A stretch of 64,000 nt of DNA, from positions 15,934,001-15,998,000 of the forward strand of contig OX597830.1 in the NCBI GenBank assembly GCA_951406725.2, in the 5' to 3' direction. Below the pieces are notes generated by a model. That model saw only the letters and a list, made by a program, of their open reading frames with translations, was not told where the DNA came from and made no database searches. The position numbers and the translations under genes were made by a program. The DNA comes from Octopus vulgaris (taxonomy: Eukaryota). Shown here piece after piece: positions 13,767-28,829 of this stretch; the first letter of the stretch is position 1, and the number at the start of each line of letters is the position of its first letter.

Positions 13767-14571
13767 TATATATATATATATATATAGTGTACATACACAT
13801 ACATGTGTGTTTGTGTGTGCGCGTGTGTATAATTATACACTTTCGTCTCCTCTAAATTTTATAAGGTTTATCAATTATTGATGGGTACTTTAAGCGAGAC
13901 ACCATCCTCTGTTAAAACACTACACTGAATAAATTAACATTTATCGTTACGTTCAGACTAAAAGCTGCACCTCCTGACCTTGCAACCAGCAGAATTTAAC
14001 ATTTACTATTTAAATTTTCACTGATTGAAATCGTAATTTTGCTTCAACCCCTTTCTCCTTCAACTTACAATCTAGAATACAAATGTTGAACTATACCAAT
14101 TCTGTTCTATTTAAAACCCACAAAATATTAACTAAATATTAATACAAAGCAATATAAACACTTATCATATATTGCTCTGATAATAAATATAGCGGCCTCT
14201 AAAATTGACATTCGTTAACGCACCAATTGGCACACGAAACAATAAAATTTCAATTCTTTAATATACTTTCAAGTCCTAATTGTACTTACAGACGTTCTAG
14301 AGGGAGTTAACGGATTATTTCGTGAAATATAGTCAGCAGTAAAGGCTTCTGGCTTAAAGCCTTTTTTGCCAATTTCTTCTGAACGCAACTGCTGTCGCGA
14401 GAACCCTATGAATTCCTCGAAATGCTAGCACAAAGATAGTCAAACGGTTATCTTTTAGTACATCTCTTCTGTCACCATTCTTGGTGTCTTAGCACACACA
14501 TCTCTTGAACCTTTCATTCCTTCCACATACACAACTGCAAAAGCCTAACCATTTGTTATTCTAAACTGTTT

Positions 14572-14802
14572 CTTATTTCTTTACTGTCCACAAGGGGCTA
14601 AACATAGAGGGGACAAACAAGGACAGACAAACGGATTAAGTTGATTATATCGATCCCAGTGCATAACTGGTACTTGTTTAATCGACCCCGAAAGGATGAA
14701 AGGCAAAGCCGACTTCGGCGGAATTTGAACTCAGAACGTAGCGGCAGACGAAATACCGCTAAGTATTTCGCCCGGCGTGCTAACGTTTCTGCCAACTCGC
14801 CT
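14572..14802 (-). mobile_element. SINE family B monomer
   Basis: Head-to-tail match to the array unit. Confidence 0.88.
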
Positions 14803-15651
14803 AAACTGTTTGTATCAGTCAATACCCTTTTCTGTCTGTATCTTTGACATACATTTCGATTTTTTAAGCACTTAAGATCTTTTTTCCCACCTTTTTCCCA
14901 TCAAAATCCAACCTTTACCCGACTATCATTGCCTCTACCTGCTCGAGCCGTCTAACATCTCCCTGGCACTTCAAGACATGTTAAAGTTCCATTAATACTA
15001 CATTGACTACTGTTGGCTGCATTCATCACTGAACTAGTAGGGTCTTCTAAGCAATAGAATCAGCTTTTGGTGCTTAAGCCAGAGCACACAACTTTAAATA
15101 TCAAAACATTATGCTTGATACAAGGTACATTACAACATGTACTTACCTTCTTTCTAGCTAACTCAGTTATAGAATATTAGGCGTGCATTTTCAAGCCTTG
15201 TATTCATACAAGGAGTACCACTGGTCTTCTGTATCTCCTTCTACACCCCTACTGCAACAAAAGCTCAAATCCCCGAACCCTTGTAACTGCACTACAGTTC
15301 CACGAGCTGATAATAAAGTTTACAACAAAACCGTCTGAAGACACCTGGGAAGCATTTACTCACTTGCAAAACAGCCACCAGAAAACAAATGATATATAGC
15401 AAGACTTCCAAACTCTCTCAGCTCTCAAATTAGGATCCTTACTAATTTTTACAAATTCTTCTCAACTTCCACTCCTCAAATACGATTGCTCAATGAAACA
15501 GTACACTTGCTGATAAACTCATTTCTGTTTCTACTATTTTGCTCTGGGTTCCACACAGCAAGCACGTTCGCACAAAATAAAATTCTCACAAACTTCTCCA
15601 CGCCACCCGGCTGACTTCTTTCTTGCAGTTAATCCAGACACACACATATGA

Positions 15652-15717
<66 letters not shown>

Positions 15718-17530
15718 ATGTGTGTGTGTGTGTAGGCGTGCGTGCGTGTACATACATACATACATACATACATATATGCACACACACAAACACACACACA
15801 CACACACACACACACAGATACCTAATGAAAAACTCGTCCCTCCACTTCTCTTTAACATTCCGATTGGCCTTGACACTCCTTTCATTATTCGTCTACAGGA
15901 CTCTTCAGAGCTATCTCCAGTTCAAAATTCTTACTCTCTTTTTAGTCATCAATCCCAAAGTATTTTCAAACACAACGACTGACTCATCTCCAAGAAATAA
16001 AATCTCACTGGTTCCAATGATCAACGTCTATAGACCCAACAACTGCTCTCGTCTATAGACCCAACAACCAAGAACTTGGTTATTAAACTTGGAAGTATTT
16101 CAGTGACGCAAACCCGAATGACCACGATCTGATTATGATGAGTTGAAATATCTGCAAATAGCATCAAATTCCTTCTATTGTATCAAAAGATATTTACTTC
16201 TTTCGTATACTAAAAGAAGCCGAAACCTGCTGAGAGACAAGTGCCAGTAAATAAAGAGCTTTTAATGAGATCAGAATCGCATCACACATTTCTTGTTCTT
16301 TCAATATTCGTTAAAATTATTCTTCAACTGAACATTGTTTGACAAGACAAACCCACCAACTAATCGATCCGATTCTGTATTCTGTTAGAAGACATGCTTG
16401 CTTCTTAAATTACCTCTGTCAATAGTCTTTAGTTGATGACTAATGGGAATCAAACACGACATGTTTATTCAAGTTAACTTTTTGCTATCACACAATGATT
16501 TATGCATAACTCATACAAAACCTCTCAACTATTGTGAAGCAATCAATGAAACCACATATTAGCATTCTCTTTAGGATTTACAACTGTGATGTAGCTTCCT
16601 TGCCTACAATTTCTTCCTTATGAAGATGTTATCCTGGATGAAGTATGATCCACATGCGACACATCCACGTTCGAAGCAGAAACCGACCACAATCTTAAAC
16701 ACCATCTAGAAAATATTTTCGTTAATAATTGTAAGGCGGCGAGACGGCTGAATCGCTGGCGCGCAGGACAAAGTGCTCAGCGGTATTTCTCCGACGCTTT
16801 GCGTTCCGAGTTCAAATCTCACCGCGGTCAACTTTACCTTTCATCCTTTCGGGTCGATAAAATAAAGTACAACTCCGCTACTGAAGTTGCTGACCTTGTT
16901 CCAAAATTTGAAACAATTTTCCTTAATAACTGTAAAACTCTTTATCTGTTGAAAATGTTTTTTTACGACTGTTGTTGTTGTTGTTGCTGCTGCCGCTGCT
17001 GCTGCTGTTTCTGTTGCTGTTGTTCAGTCCCAGATCAGTCCCTTCAGAGTAGATTAGGGATGATCAAAGGCATGGTGCATTGTATTCAAATTCACTGTAT
17101 TTAATATGACACGATTCATTATGTCCTTAAAAAAAAACAAAATAAAGCGGTAAAAGTGATTACAGGAATATTTGACTACTATTTCTTGCAGGTCGAGTGA
17201 TTGTGTGAGGCATGCTCATAGAAGTCGTTAGCATTCATCACAACAACAGTATTTCTACCAGGAAATAGTTCTATCTCTTGTTAGTGATTCTACAATAATT
17301 CTTTGGTCAGAATTATCAAATTTCTCTAAAGATTTCAGCTCTTTTTGCAATCGTATTAGCAATCAATTACACTCTAGAGTAGAATCGTTTGCGAGCCGAA
17401 CAAAATGCTTAGCGGCTTTTCTACCAGTTCTGTACGTTCTCAATTCAAATTTCCCTAAGGTCACCCTTACTTTTCATCCTTGCGGTTCTGAGGTCAGCTT
17501 TCATTTTTTTTTGGTACCTTTCATCATTTC

Positions 17531-17531
17531 A

Positions 17532-17589
<58 letters not shown>

Positions 17590-18408
17590 TATATAGATGA
17601 CTTCAGAGTCTTTTATGCGTTTGTTCATGCAGCGATGATGGCTATGTGTAATCGCTAGGTCTGCACAATTCTATTTCCTTTTCTTTCGATGGTTAAAAGA
17701 TTCTTTAAACCAATCAAAAACTAGATTTTTCGCACAAGGTAACACTAAGAGTAATGCACCCATTTGATTTTGACAAGATTGTTCTATTATAGATCTGTGC
17801 TTATGTTCCTTGTATACCAAGCTCTACACGTGTCTTTGAAACCATAGAATGTTTCTAAGTATTCCACAAAAAGATTCATTCAGCCTGCATTTATCAGACA
17901 TATTATAGGAATTCTCACATAACTTTTGAAATGTTGGTATTCTAAGGTTGATGGTATGTTGTATTTGTTTCAGTCATTAGACTGCGCCCATGCTGGGGCA
18001 CTGACTGGAACAAATTGACCCAGTACTTTTTTTCTAAATAAAGTACCATTCAAGTTCAGAGGTCGATGAAATCGACTTATCTCTACCCCATCAAAATTGC
18101 CAGTCCTATGCCAAAATTAGAAGGAATTATTCTCCGGAGTACCAACAATTAGAATAAGAACTCTTACTTTACAAATCTTAGAGTATTCTGTGTAGTAAGA
18201 AGTGTTTCTCAATCACATGGTTTCGGGTTCAATCCCATTGCATGGTACCTTGCATGGTACCCGTGGTGATCGAAGCCTTACATATATATATATGTGTGCG
18301 GGGGGTGTATGTGTGTATGTATGTATGTATGTATGTATGTATGTATGTATGTATGTATGTATGTATGTATGTATGTATGTATGTATGTATGTATGTATGT
18401 ATGCATGC

Positions 18409-18460
<52 letters not shown>

Positions 18461-19234
18461 ATGAATGTATGGCTCCTTTGCAAGTCATTAAGAGGTGCTA
18501 TCTATGGCTATTGAGTTATTTTGACTCTTATTTCTAGCAATGCTGGCGCTACTTAGTGCCCTCTGTCACGTTATTGACATCTATAATTTTGCCTCTAGGT
18601 TGTTAAATTTCTAATAAGCCACCCATATTATTTGTGTATATGTATGTGTGTGTGTGTGTGTGTGTTTATGCACGCGCGCGTTTATGTATGTATATATCTA
18701 TGTGTTTTTGTTCCTACTCACAGCTTGACAACCAGTATTGGTTTATTTACGTCCCCCGTAAATTAGCGTTCCGGCAAAAAGAAACCGATCTGGTAAATGC
18801 CAGACTTAGAAAAAAAGTACTGGGTCAATTTGTTCCAGTCAGTGCCCCAGCATGGGCGCAGTCTAATGACTGAAACAAATACAACATACCATCAACCTTA
18901 GAATACCAACATTTCAAAAGTTATGTAAGAATTCCTATAATATGTCTGATAAATGCAGGCTGAATGAATCTTTTTGTGGAATACTTAGAAACATTCTATG
19001 GTTTCAAAGACACGTGTAGAGCTTGGTATACAAGGAACATAAGCACAGATCTATAATAGAACAATCTTGTCAAAGTGTTACCTTGTGCGAAAAATCTAGT
19101 TTTTGATTGGTTTAAAGAATCTTTTAACCATCGAAAGAAAAGGAAATAGAATTGTGCAGACCTGGCGATTACACATAGCCATCATCGCTGCATGAACAAA
19201 CGCATAAAAGACTCTGAAGTCATCTATATATCTA

Positions 19235-19290
<56 letters not shown>

Positions 19291-19291
19291 T
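17531..19291. repeat. ~500-bp inverted duplication (17531-18037 / 18806-19291)
   Basis: Arms are reverse complements with few substitutions and one ~23-bp indel. Confidence 0.9.
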
Positions 19292-19329
19292 ATCTATTTA
19301 TATATCTATCTCATTCTATTCTCTCTCTC

Positions 19330-20123
19330 TCTGTATCAGAGGCACAATCAGTACGAGACCTGGGTATTTACCTGAGTGATGATGCAACCTTTCATGTGCA
19401 TGTTGCTAAATTGGCAATGAAATGTAGGCGGCTGACCGGATGGATTCTTAGAACCTTTAGAACAAGAGACCAGGAAACCATGATGGTCCTCTGAAGGACA
19501 CTTGTCCTAAGCCACTTTGCTCTCAGTTATGGTCACCATCCAGTGTCAAGTTAATCACAGAACTTGAGTCGATCCAACGAAGCTACATGAAGAAGATAGC
19601 CTCTGTGCAGCATATAAGCTACTGAGAAAGACTCAAGAGATTAAGACTCTATTCCTTAGAGCGTAGGCGAGAAAGATATGCCATAATATACATCTGGAAG
19701 ATCCTAGAAGGACTTGTCCCAAACTTTGGTATCGAGAGTTATACAAATGCCAGAACTGGGCGCCACTGCATATTGCCATGGTCTCCAAATTTGCCATCAA
19801 GATGTAGGACAAGATACTGTGATAGCCTGGGCTTCAGAGGCCCACAGTTCTTCAATATCCCCCCGAAGAACCTGAGATACCTGCATGGGGTGGATGCAGA
19901 TGTCTTTAAAATAAAACTGGATCTCTTCTTGTCAGGTGTCCCAGATGAACCAACTTCACGGCAGGAGGTGCAGATGAGGGCAGCTGCATCGAACTCTCTC
20001 ATGCACCAAACGGCTAAAAAGCATTCGTGAAGTAAAATCATGTAGCAACACCAAATGGCGGTACCCCAGTATGGTCACAATCGTGAGCTGAAACTAGATA
20101 AAGATAAAGATAAAGAAAGATAA

Positions 20124-20125
<2 letters not shown>
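19330..20125 (+). mobile_element. 5'-truncated CR1-like LINE (RT C-terminus, 3' UTR, (GATAAA)n tail)
   Basis: VRDLGIYLSDD...GWILRTF, LYSLERRRERY, LGFRGPQFFN...KIKLDLFLSGVPDEP; in-frame stops. Confidence 0.88.
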
Positions 20126-21251
<1,126 letters not shown>

Positions 21252-21910
21252 CTAGGTAAAAGCAAACAGGAGAAACAACAGAACTCAATACATAAGGTAC
21301 AGAACACACGTAACACATACACAAATGCGCACGCGCACTCATATACATACAGAGAGAAAGACATACACACACATACGCTCACAGACTTATATAAATGCAT
21401 GCACGCATTTGCGTATGCAAGTTATCCTCTTTTAATTCTTTCTATAAAGAAGGAGCTGGCTTCTAACAAAGAAGCGAACTCCATCAACTGGAATTTTCAT
21501 AACAAAAAAACAATTGTTAGGTCTTATCTTCTGAAAACTCGTATTTTATTTTTTCTGTTTCGTTTACAGATTTTATTTGCAAAGTGCATGTCAGCTGCGC
21601 ATTTTCTTTGCTCAGATACGCTGGCTTTTCAAGAGAATCACTTTAATATTTTTCTAACATAGAAAGTGCACCAGTAATTATTTAAGAGTGCGTGAATGCA
21701 TGTATTTTATGAAGTCGTTGGATTCTTTGTATAGAGAGGAGGTTGTTGATACATCACTAAGAAACAAAACTCCATCGCTGGAATTTAGATAACAGCATCA
21801 GTGAAGGGTTCCATGTTGAAGATCGTAAACGAATGTTTTATTCTTCTAATTCTTCCTATAAAGAATGTAATTCGTTCGTTGAAATTTAAACTACCTCATC
21901 CTGTGTATAG

Positions 21911-22420
21911 TGGAGGCGCGTGGCTTAGTGGTTAGGGTGTTGAACTCATGATCGTAAGATTGTGGTTTCGATTCCTCGACCGGGCGATGTGTTGTGTTCT
22001 TGAGCAAAACACTTCATTTTCACGTTGCTCCAGTCCACTCAGCTGGCAAAAATGAGTAACGCTGCGATGGACTGGCGTCCCGTCCAGGTGGGGAATTTCT
22101 ACGCCACTGAAACCAGAAAAACCGGCCCTTATGAGCCTGGCATGGCTCGATAAGGAACATTTGTGGAGGCACGTGGCTTAGTGGTTAGGGTGTCAGCATC
22201 ATGATTGTAAGATTGTGGTTTCCATTCCTGGACCGGGCGACGCGTTGTGTTCTTGAGCAAAACACTTCCTTTCACGTTGCTCCAGTCCACTCAGCTGGCA
22301 AAAATGAGTAACGCTGCGATGGACTGGCGTCCCGTCCAGGTGGGGAACACATACCCCATAGAAACCGGGTAACCAGGCCCATGAGTCTGACTAGGCTTTA
22401 AAAAGGCGCATTTATTTTTT
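21911..22420 (+). mobile_element. Head-to-tail dimer of tRNA-derived SINE family C
   Basis: Two copies of ggaggcgcgtggcttagtggttagg...gtttcgattcc (A/B boxes)...ctgcgatggactggcgtcccgtccagg; third copy at 54199-54460. Confidence 0.85.
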
Positions 22421-23129
22421 ATTTTATCCTGTGCATAGCCGCTATTTTTTTCTAAGAGCGTGAAAAGTTTAGAAGACTATATTGTGTGTATTTCATCTAC
22501 ATATCAAAGTATTGTTAATTATAATGTTTCAGAAATATTAGTTTCAAATTTAGGCCCAAGGTCAGCAATTTCGTGGGAGGCGGGGCTTGACCGTTGTATT
22601 GACCACAGTGCTCAACTGATGCTTATCTTATCGACCCTGAACGGATAAAAGGCGAAATTTGAACTGAGAAAGTAAAGGCGGACAACATGGTGCTAAGCGG
22701 TTAGTCTTGTTGCTAACGATTCTGTTAGTTCGCCACCATAGAATATTTCAGAAATAGTCTTCACGACAAAAGGCAATGAGGGAGTGACCATGTGATCAGT
22801 CAATCTGTTAAAAAATATTGGGTTGTCAGGTAAAAAAAATAAACATTAAAGATATTGGGATCGATTCGTTCTAAAATTCTTTAAGGCAGTGTCCCAGGAT
22901 GGCCGTTGTCCAATGGTTGAAACACGTACACAGTTAAAGAAGAGAGGAAATGACAATTAACCAGAATAAATAAAGAGTCCTTTCATATGTGAATGTGCAG
23001 AGAAAATTTAGATAGTATTGACTAGAAACAAAGATCTATCCCAACAGTAATGTAGGCGGTTGCAGCTGAAAAGCTTTTGAATGTTGGATGCTCCAACAGG
23101 ATCGACCCAGGGTTAAACAACAAAAAACG

Positions 23130-23957
23130 TCTTTTCTACCCTAGACACAAATCCCGAAAGTTTGGGGGAGGGGGGCAGTCGATTAGATCGACCCCAAGTC
23201 GCAACTGGTACTTAATTTATCGACCCCGAAAGGATGAAAGGCAAAGTCGACCTCGGCGGAATTTGAACCCAGAACGTAAAGACAGACGAAATACCTATTT
23301 CTTTACTACCCACAAGGAGCTAAACACAGAGAGGACAAACAAGGACAGACAAACGGATTAAGTCGATTATATCGACCCCAGTGCGTAACTGGTACTTATT
23401 TAATTGACCCCGAAAGGATGAAAGGCAAAGTCGACCTCGGAGGAATTTGAACCCAGAACGTAGCGGCAAACGAAATACCTATTTCTTTACTACCCATAAG
23501 GGGCTAAACACAGAGAGGACAAACAAGGACAGACAAACGGATTAAGTCGATTATATCGACCCCAGTGCGTAACTGGTACTTATTTTCAGAAGCGGCAGAT
23601 CGACACCCGAAAGGATGAAAGGCAGTGCGTAACTGGTACTTATTTAATCGACCCCTAAAGGATGAAAGGCAAAGTCGACCTCGGCTGAATTTGAACTCAG
23701 AACGTAGCGGCAGACGAAATACCTATTTCTTTACTACCCACAAGGGGCTAAACACAGAGAGGACGAACAAGGACAGACAAACGGATTAAGTCGATTATAT
23801 CGACCCCAGTGCGTAACTGGTACTTATTTAATCGACCCCGATAGGATGGAAGGCAAAGTTGGCCTCGGCGGAATTTGAACTCAGAACGTAGCGGCAAACG
23901 AAATACGGCTACGCATTTTGCCCAGCGTGCTAACGATTCTGCCAGCTCGCCGCCTTA
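23130..23957 (-). repeat. Tandem array of SINE family B with a partial unit and an alternative terminal tail
   Basis: Repeated 184-bp units with the same junction as 12311-12993; the last unit ends ...tcccccaaactttcgggatttgtgtctagggtagaaaag. Confidence 0.9.
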
Positions 23958-24786
23958 AACAACAAAAATAGTGAAAAATGTTAATAGAAGTCGATAAAGT
24001 TATGGTTCTTTAGGTTAAGGAATAGTTTCAAGAGAATTATGATATTTATTCTTTTTGTGTAAATATCGTCATATATCTTGTGAAGCTAATAGCATTCTGA
24101 TGACACTTTAATACAACTCTCGGTTAATTATTTTCATACGAGTCTAACCTGCTCAGACGACATTTCCTAATGAATTCTTTGGATTTAGAGACTTCTCTGT
24201 GTCTTTTGCTTACAGTTCCTGTGACTTTTGCTTACAGTTCCTGTGTAGTACATACAACGTATATAGTGAAAGTGATATTTTTATTTGACTTAGGCAGATT
24301 GGTTCGCTGTACATTTATGTGTTGCTGCAACTGTTTTTGCTTAGCGTCAGATCAGCTTATAATCGAAGACGTTCCAGCCATGATCATCCTGTTTTGTATT
24401 CATTGATAGATGTTCCGACATACATATCTATGTGTGTGTGTGTGTGTGCGTGTTTGTATTTGTGCTTATGTATGTGTTTGTGTAAATGTGGGCATATGAA
24501 TATGTGCATGTGTGTGTGTGTGTGGTACATTTTGTAAACGAAAGAAGTTAGTACTCAATACACGGTGTAGAGCTTGTTCATATAGTTTATCCATCTGGAT
24601 TCCGCAACGCCTCAGGTTTCACGCTCTGCGATCGAGTGTATGCATATGCTTTTGTGTGTGTACATGAGTGCACACGTATGCGTTTGTGAATGCTTGTGTC
24701 TCTCTGTATGTACCCTTCCATGCCTACGTGATTGTATGTACATGTGTGTGTATGTTTGTATGTATGCGTGTGAATATGTGTGTGTG

Positions 24787-24833
<47 letters not shown>

Positions 24834-25461
24834 CTAGGATGTCCTTTTCAATAGAATATTTTCCTGTTAACTTTGACAAGACGAGTCAACCACTGCGTAT
24901 GTTTGACAAGGCATTTTCCGGCGAACAACAACTTCGATGGGTTACAAGCTAAACTTGTAGAATATCTTGTACGCTTTGACAGTCTTACTGACAGATTCCA
25001 ACTGTAACGTCTGTGAATCGGTTCGTTCTAAGCTTCAGGAAACCCGACATTTCAATATTCATCTTCGGATATTGTCACGAAGCCAAGTACTCGAATCTCT
25101 GTAAGTAATTTACTGTGTGTGTATGCATGTATAAAAGTATGTATGTATGTATGTATGTATGTATGCATGCATGCATGTAAGTACGTAGTACATATGTATC
25201 TATTTATGTATTCATGCATGCACATATTTATGTATGCATGTACGTATGTATGAATATATATATATATATATAAATATATATATATGCATATCTATATATA
25301 CATGTATATACATATATATATATATGTGTGTATATCTATATATACATATATATACATATATATATATGTATGTATATATATCTATGTATATATATGTATG
25401 TATATATATATATGTATGTATATGTATGTATATATATATATATTATGTATATATATGTATG

Positions 25462-25492
<31 letters not shown>

Positions 25493-25945
25493 GTGGTATA
25501 TATATATTATATATATAGAATCCGTATATTATATGTATATATATATATATGGTATATATATACGTATATATATATATATAATATATATATATATATATCA
25601 ACAATTGAGGGTAAAATTAATTAATATATCAATTTAGTGTTCAGTATGCAAAGGGACCATTTAATGAATTCAAATGTATTACATTATATAAAAGGGCTTA
25701 GTAAAATAAATTACTTCGCCGCATACTGAACTCATTGAAATAGCTATAAAGCTATTTCTAATACTTAAAGTATATATATATTTAACACACAAAAGTTTGG
25801 GGTAAGGACATAAAAATATGCTAGGTTATTTGAGTACGTACGTTTCAAGATTAGTCAAAACAAACATTTCTCTCTTCAGCTCATAAATTCCTTGGTTTGG
25901 ATTTGGAAACACTGAAAGTAAGAACATACCCTTTCGAAGATCCGC

Positions 25946-25981
<36 letters not shown>

Positions 25982-26207
25982 ATGTATATATATATATTTA
26001 TGCTTTCGGTGCGAATGTTTTTTTTTTTTGCAAAGGCAACATACTTAGTCGCTTAAATAAAGAGATGTAGGTTCGACTCCCATGCGGATAGGAGAACCTT
26101 CTTTTTCCTGTCGAGAGTCCATATGCCCACTTATTAGACTATTTTCCTTAGTCATTGCTTTAAGCTTACATAAAAATATCATATATATATATATATATAT
26201 ATTTATG

Positions 26208-26244
<37 letters not shown>

Positions 26245-26261
26245 GTATGTATGTATGTGTG

Positions 26262-26299
<38 letters not shown>

Positions 26300-26559
26300 C
26301 ATATATTTATATTCATATATATATTTATATATATACATATAATTATATATTTATATATAGGTATATGTATATATTTATGTATATACATATATATATATGT
26401 ATATATATACATATATATATATATATGTATGTATATAGATATATACATATGTATATATATGTATACATATATATATGTATATAGATATTTATGTATATAT
26501 ATATATATACATACGTTATATATTTATATTTATATAGGTATATATATATATATTTATGC

Positions 26560-26621
<62 letters not shown>

Positions 26622-26639
26622 CAATTATTCGGTAGCCAT

Positions 26640-26700
26640 GATAAAACTCCGAGTTTCGAATGTCGGGGTGGAAACCCACGCCGGCATCTCTTCGGTTATC
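26640..26700 (-). ncRNA. Type I hammerhead motif (U4C), left arm of an inverted repeat
   Basis: gataa-CCGAAGA-GATG...CATT-C-GAAA-CTCGGAG-TT-ttatc; helix I gataa/ttatc. Confidence 0.7.
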
Positions 26701-27065
26701 CGGTCATCTGGAAAATGCCTTACTCTTCCGTGTTGTAAAAGAAAGCTTTCCATCTCATGCGCTTAATAAGGTCTGTAATTTTCTCCAAAAGTTTCTTAGA
26801 GTATAGTTCCCTCGATTGTATAGGTATGTTTTTCATAGAATAAACCATGTAGTAGGCGTGCATATTGAATTCTTCTGCAGGGCAGAGTCCTCAACCAATG
26901 TCTGGCGATTTTCCAAAATAAGCTGTATTAGTCCTTACGGAAAAAAAGCAGTGTACGGGAGGTAACTTATTGATAGAAATGGTAAGACAACAAAAGAATG
27001 AAAGAGACTAGAGGAATTTATCTGTACATATCATATGTGACAATTATGCATTTTTTCGATGGTCG

Positions 27066-27126
27066 GATAACTGAAGAGATGGCGGCGTGGGTTTCCGCCC
27101 CGACATCCGAAACTCGGAGTTTTATC
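27066..27126 (+). ncRNA. Type I hammerhead motif, right arm of an inverted repeat
   Basis: gataa-CTGAAGA-GATG..cgg..tgg-gttt-ccg..ccg..CATC-C-GAAA-CTCGGAG-TT-ttatc. Confidence 0.78.
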
Positions 27127-27285
27127 ATGGCTACCGAATAATTGTCACATATTATATTTACAGATAAATTCCTCTGGCTGTGTAGTAAGAAGCTTCCCAA
27201 CCACATGGTTCCGGGTTCAGTCCCACTGTGTAGCACCTTGGGAATGTGTCTTCTACTATAGCCTCGTGAATGGAATCTCGTCGTA

Positions 27286-27636
27286 GAGTGGCTTTGTGGT
27301 AAGTAGCTTGCTTACAAACCACATGGTTCCGGATTCAGTCCCACTGTGTGGCACCTTGGGCAAGTGTCTTCTACTATAGCCTCGGGCCAACCAAAGCCTT
27401 GTGAGTGGATTTGGTAGACGGGAACTGAAAGAAGCCCGTCGTATATATAGTATTAGCTACTACACACATTTTTTTCTCTCTTTATTTCTCTCCTTGGTTT
27501 TTCTGTGTCCCTTTCTGTAGAAGAGCGTAGGCTCGAAACGTAAAATACTTTTTCTATTCCTGAGCGTTATACTAATACATCTGTTCGTTTTTTACACCAC
27601 CTGTCTTCGTCTTTTGTTTTTTTCGTAAACTCTCCC

Positions 27637-27675
<39 letters not shown>

Positions 27676-27862
27676 ATGTGTGTGTGTGTGTGTGTTTGTG
27701 TGCCTGTGTTTGTCCCCCCAACATCGCTTGACAACCGATGCTGGTGTGTTTACGTCCCCGTATTCTAGCGGTTCGGCAAAAGAGACCGATAGAATAAGTC
27801 CTGAGGTCGATTTGCCCGACTAAAGGTGGTGCTCCAGCATGGTCACAGTCAAATGACTGAAA
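27286..27862 (+). mobile_element. SINE family A (tRNA head, CORE-like ccttgggcaagt, internal microsatellite) interrupted by P1 copy 3
   Basis: Head 27286-27448 and tail 27700-27862 match the intact copy at 29341-29743. Confidence 0.85.
27450..27637 (+). mobile_element. pLTR-like repeat family P1, copy 3, hammerhead at 27511-27546 (CTGTAGA core)
   Basis: cttt-CTGTAGA-A-GAGC-gtag-GCTC-GAAA-CG-TA-aaa; ends ctctccc|(TA)n. Confidence 0.78.
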
Positions 27863-28829
27863 GAAATCATTAAAAAAAGTGTATATATCTATGTGTGTGT
27901 CACTTTGTGTCTGTGTTTGTCCTCCAATCACCGCTTGGCAACCGGTGCTGGTTGAGTTTTCGCACAGATTGAAAAGATTAGGATGTTTCACAAATAAATT
28001 TCCGTTAAAAAAGAAAAAAAGAAGGAAATTCATTGAAAACTTTATCACGGACAATAGGAAGGAAGTATTTACATTTTTATCAAAATATGCTACAGATTAT
28101 GCAAACTGAAAAGGCGATTTAGTAATATCGAAATAAAAGAGAAAATAAATTGAAACAAATTAGATTGATTTAATTCAATATAATTCTTTTCAAGTTACTT
28201 TCCCTTTTATTTCAGCATAACTAAACCGTCCTTTCATTTCATAAAGTGTTTAATTAATTTCTCTTAGATTATGTCACGTTGCCAATTTCTAAAAAGAATG
28301 AAATAGTGCTCCACATGGTTATTACTGACAGAAATTTTAAGGACTTTTTAATAAATAAAGTATAAACTTTGAAATGCGTGTTCTCTGTATCTCTTTCCGT
28401 ATAATTCCCTAATTTCAAATTCAATCTTCTAACCCCGCCAAATATTATGAAAAAATGATTATCGTCCTGGTATTAACCGTCGGTTAGAAGACACTATCTA
28501 TTCAAATAAGGTAAATAATCCGACTAAATAAGTTATCTGAGGCGAGCTGGATGAGACCATTATTATGTCGAAATTATTACATTTAGATTTTCTAATTAAT
28601 GAATTATCATCGGAAGATATATGTGCTCCAGACTACTAAAATTATATCTATTTCTGACGAAGCTCAAGGAAATATCTTTTTAGCAACGATAAGACCTTGC
28701 TGAAGAGCACAGAGTAAATGGAAAAGTAATAATTGTTAATATTGAATTGAAGAAAAGATGATTTTCATTGTATTTTAGCTTTATAAACTATTGGACTACA
28801 TTACCAGATTCATCCCAATGAGAGTCAAT

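Noticed and set aside
14860-16080. C/A-rich stretch suggestive of an ancient LINE
   Set aside because: No diagnostic RT motif could be read by eye.
21911-21985. tRNA gene
   Set aside because: A/B boxes continue into a SINE body present in several copies; these are tRNA-derived heads.
28650-28685. CTGACGA...GAAA motif
   Set aside because: No helix I or helix II pairing; likely chance.
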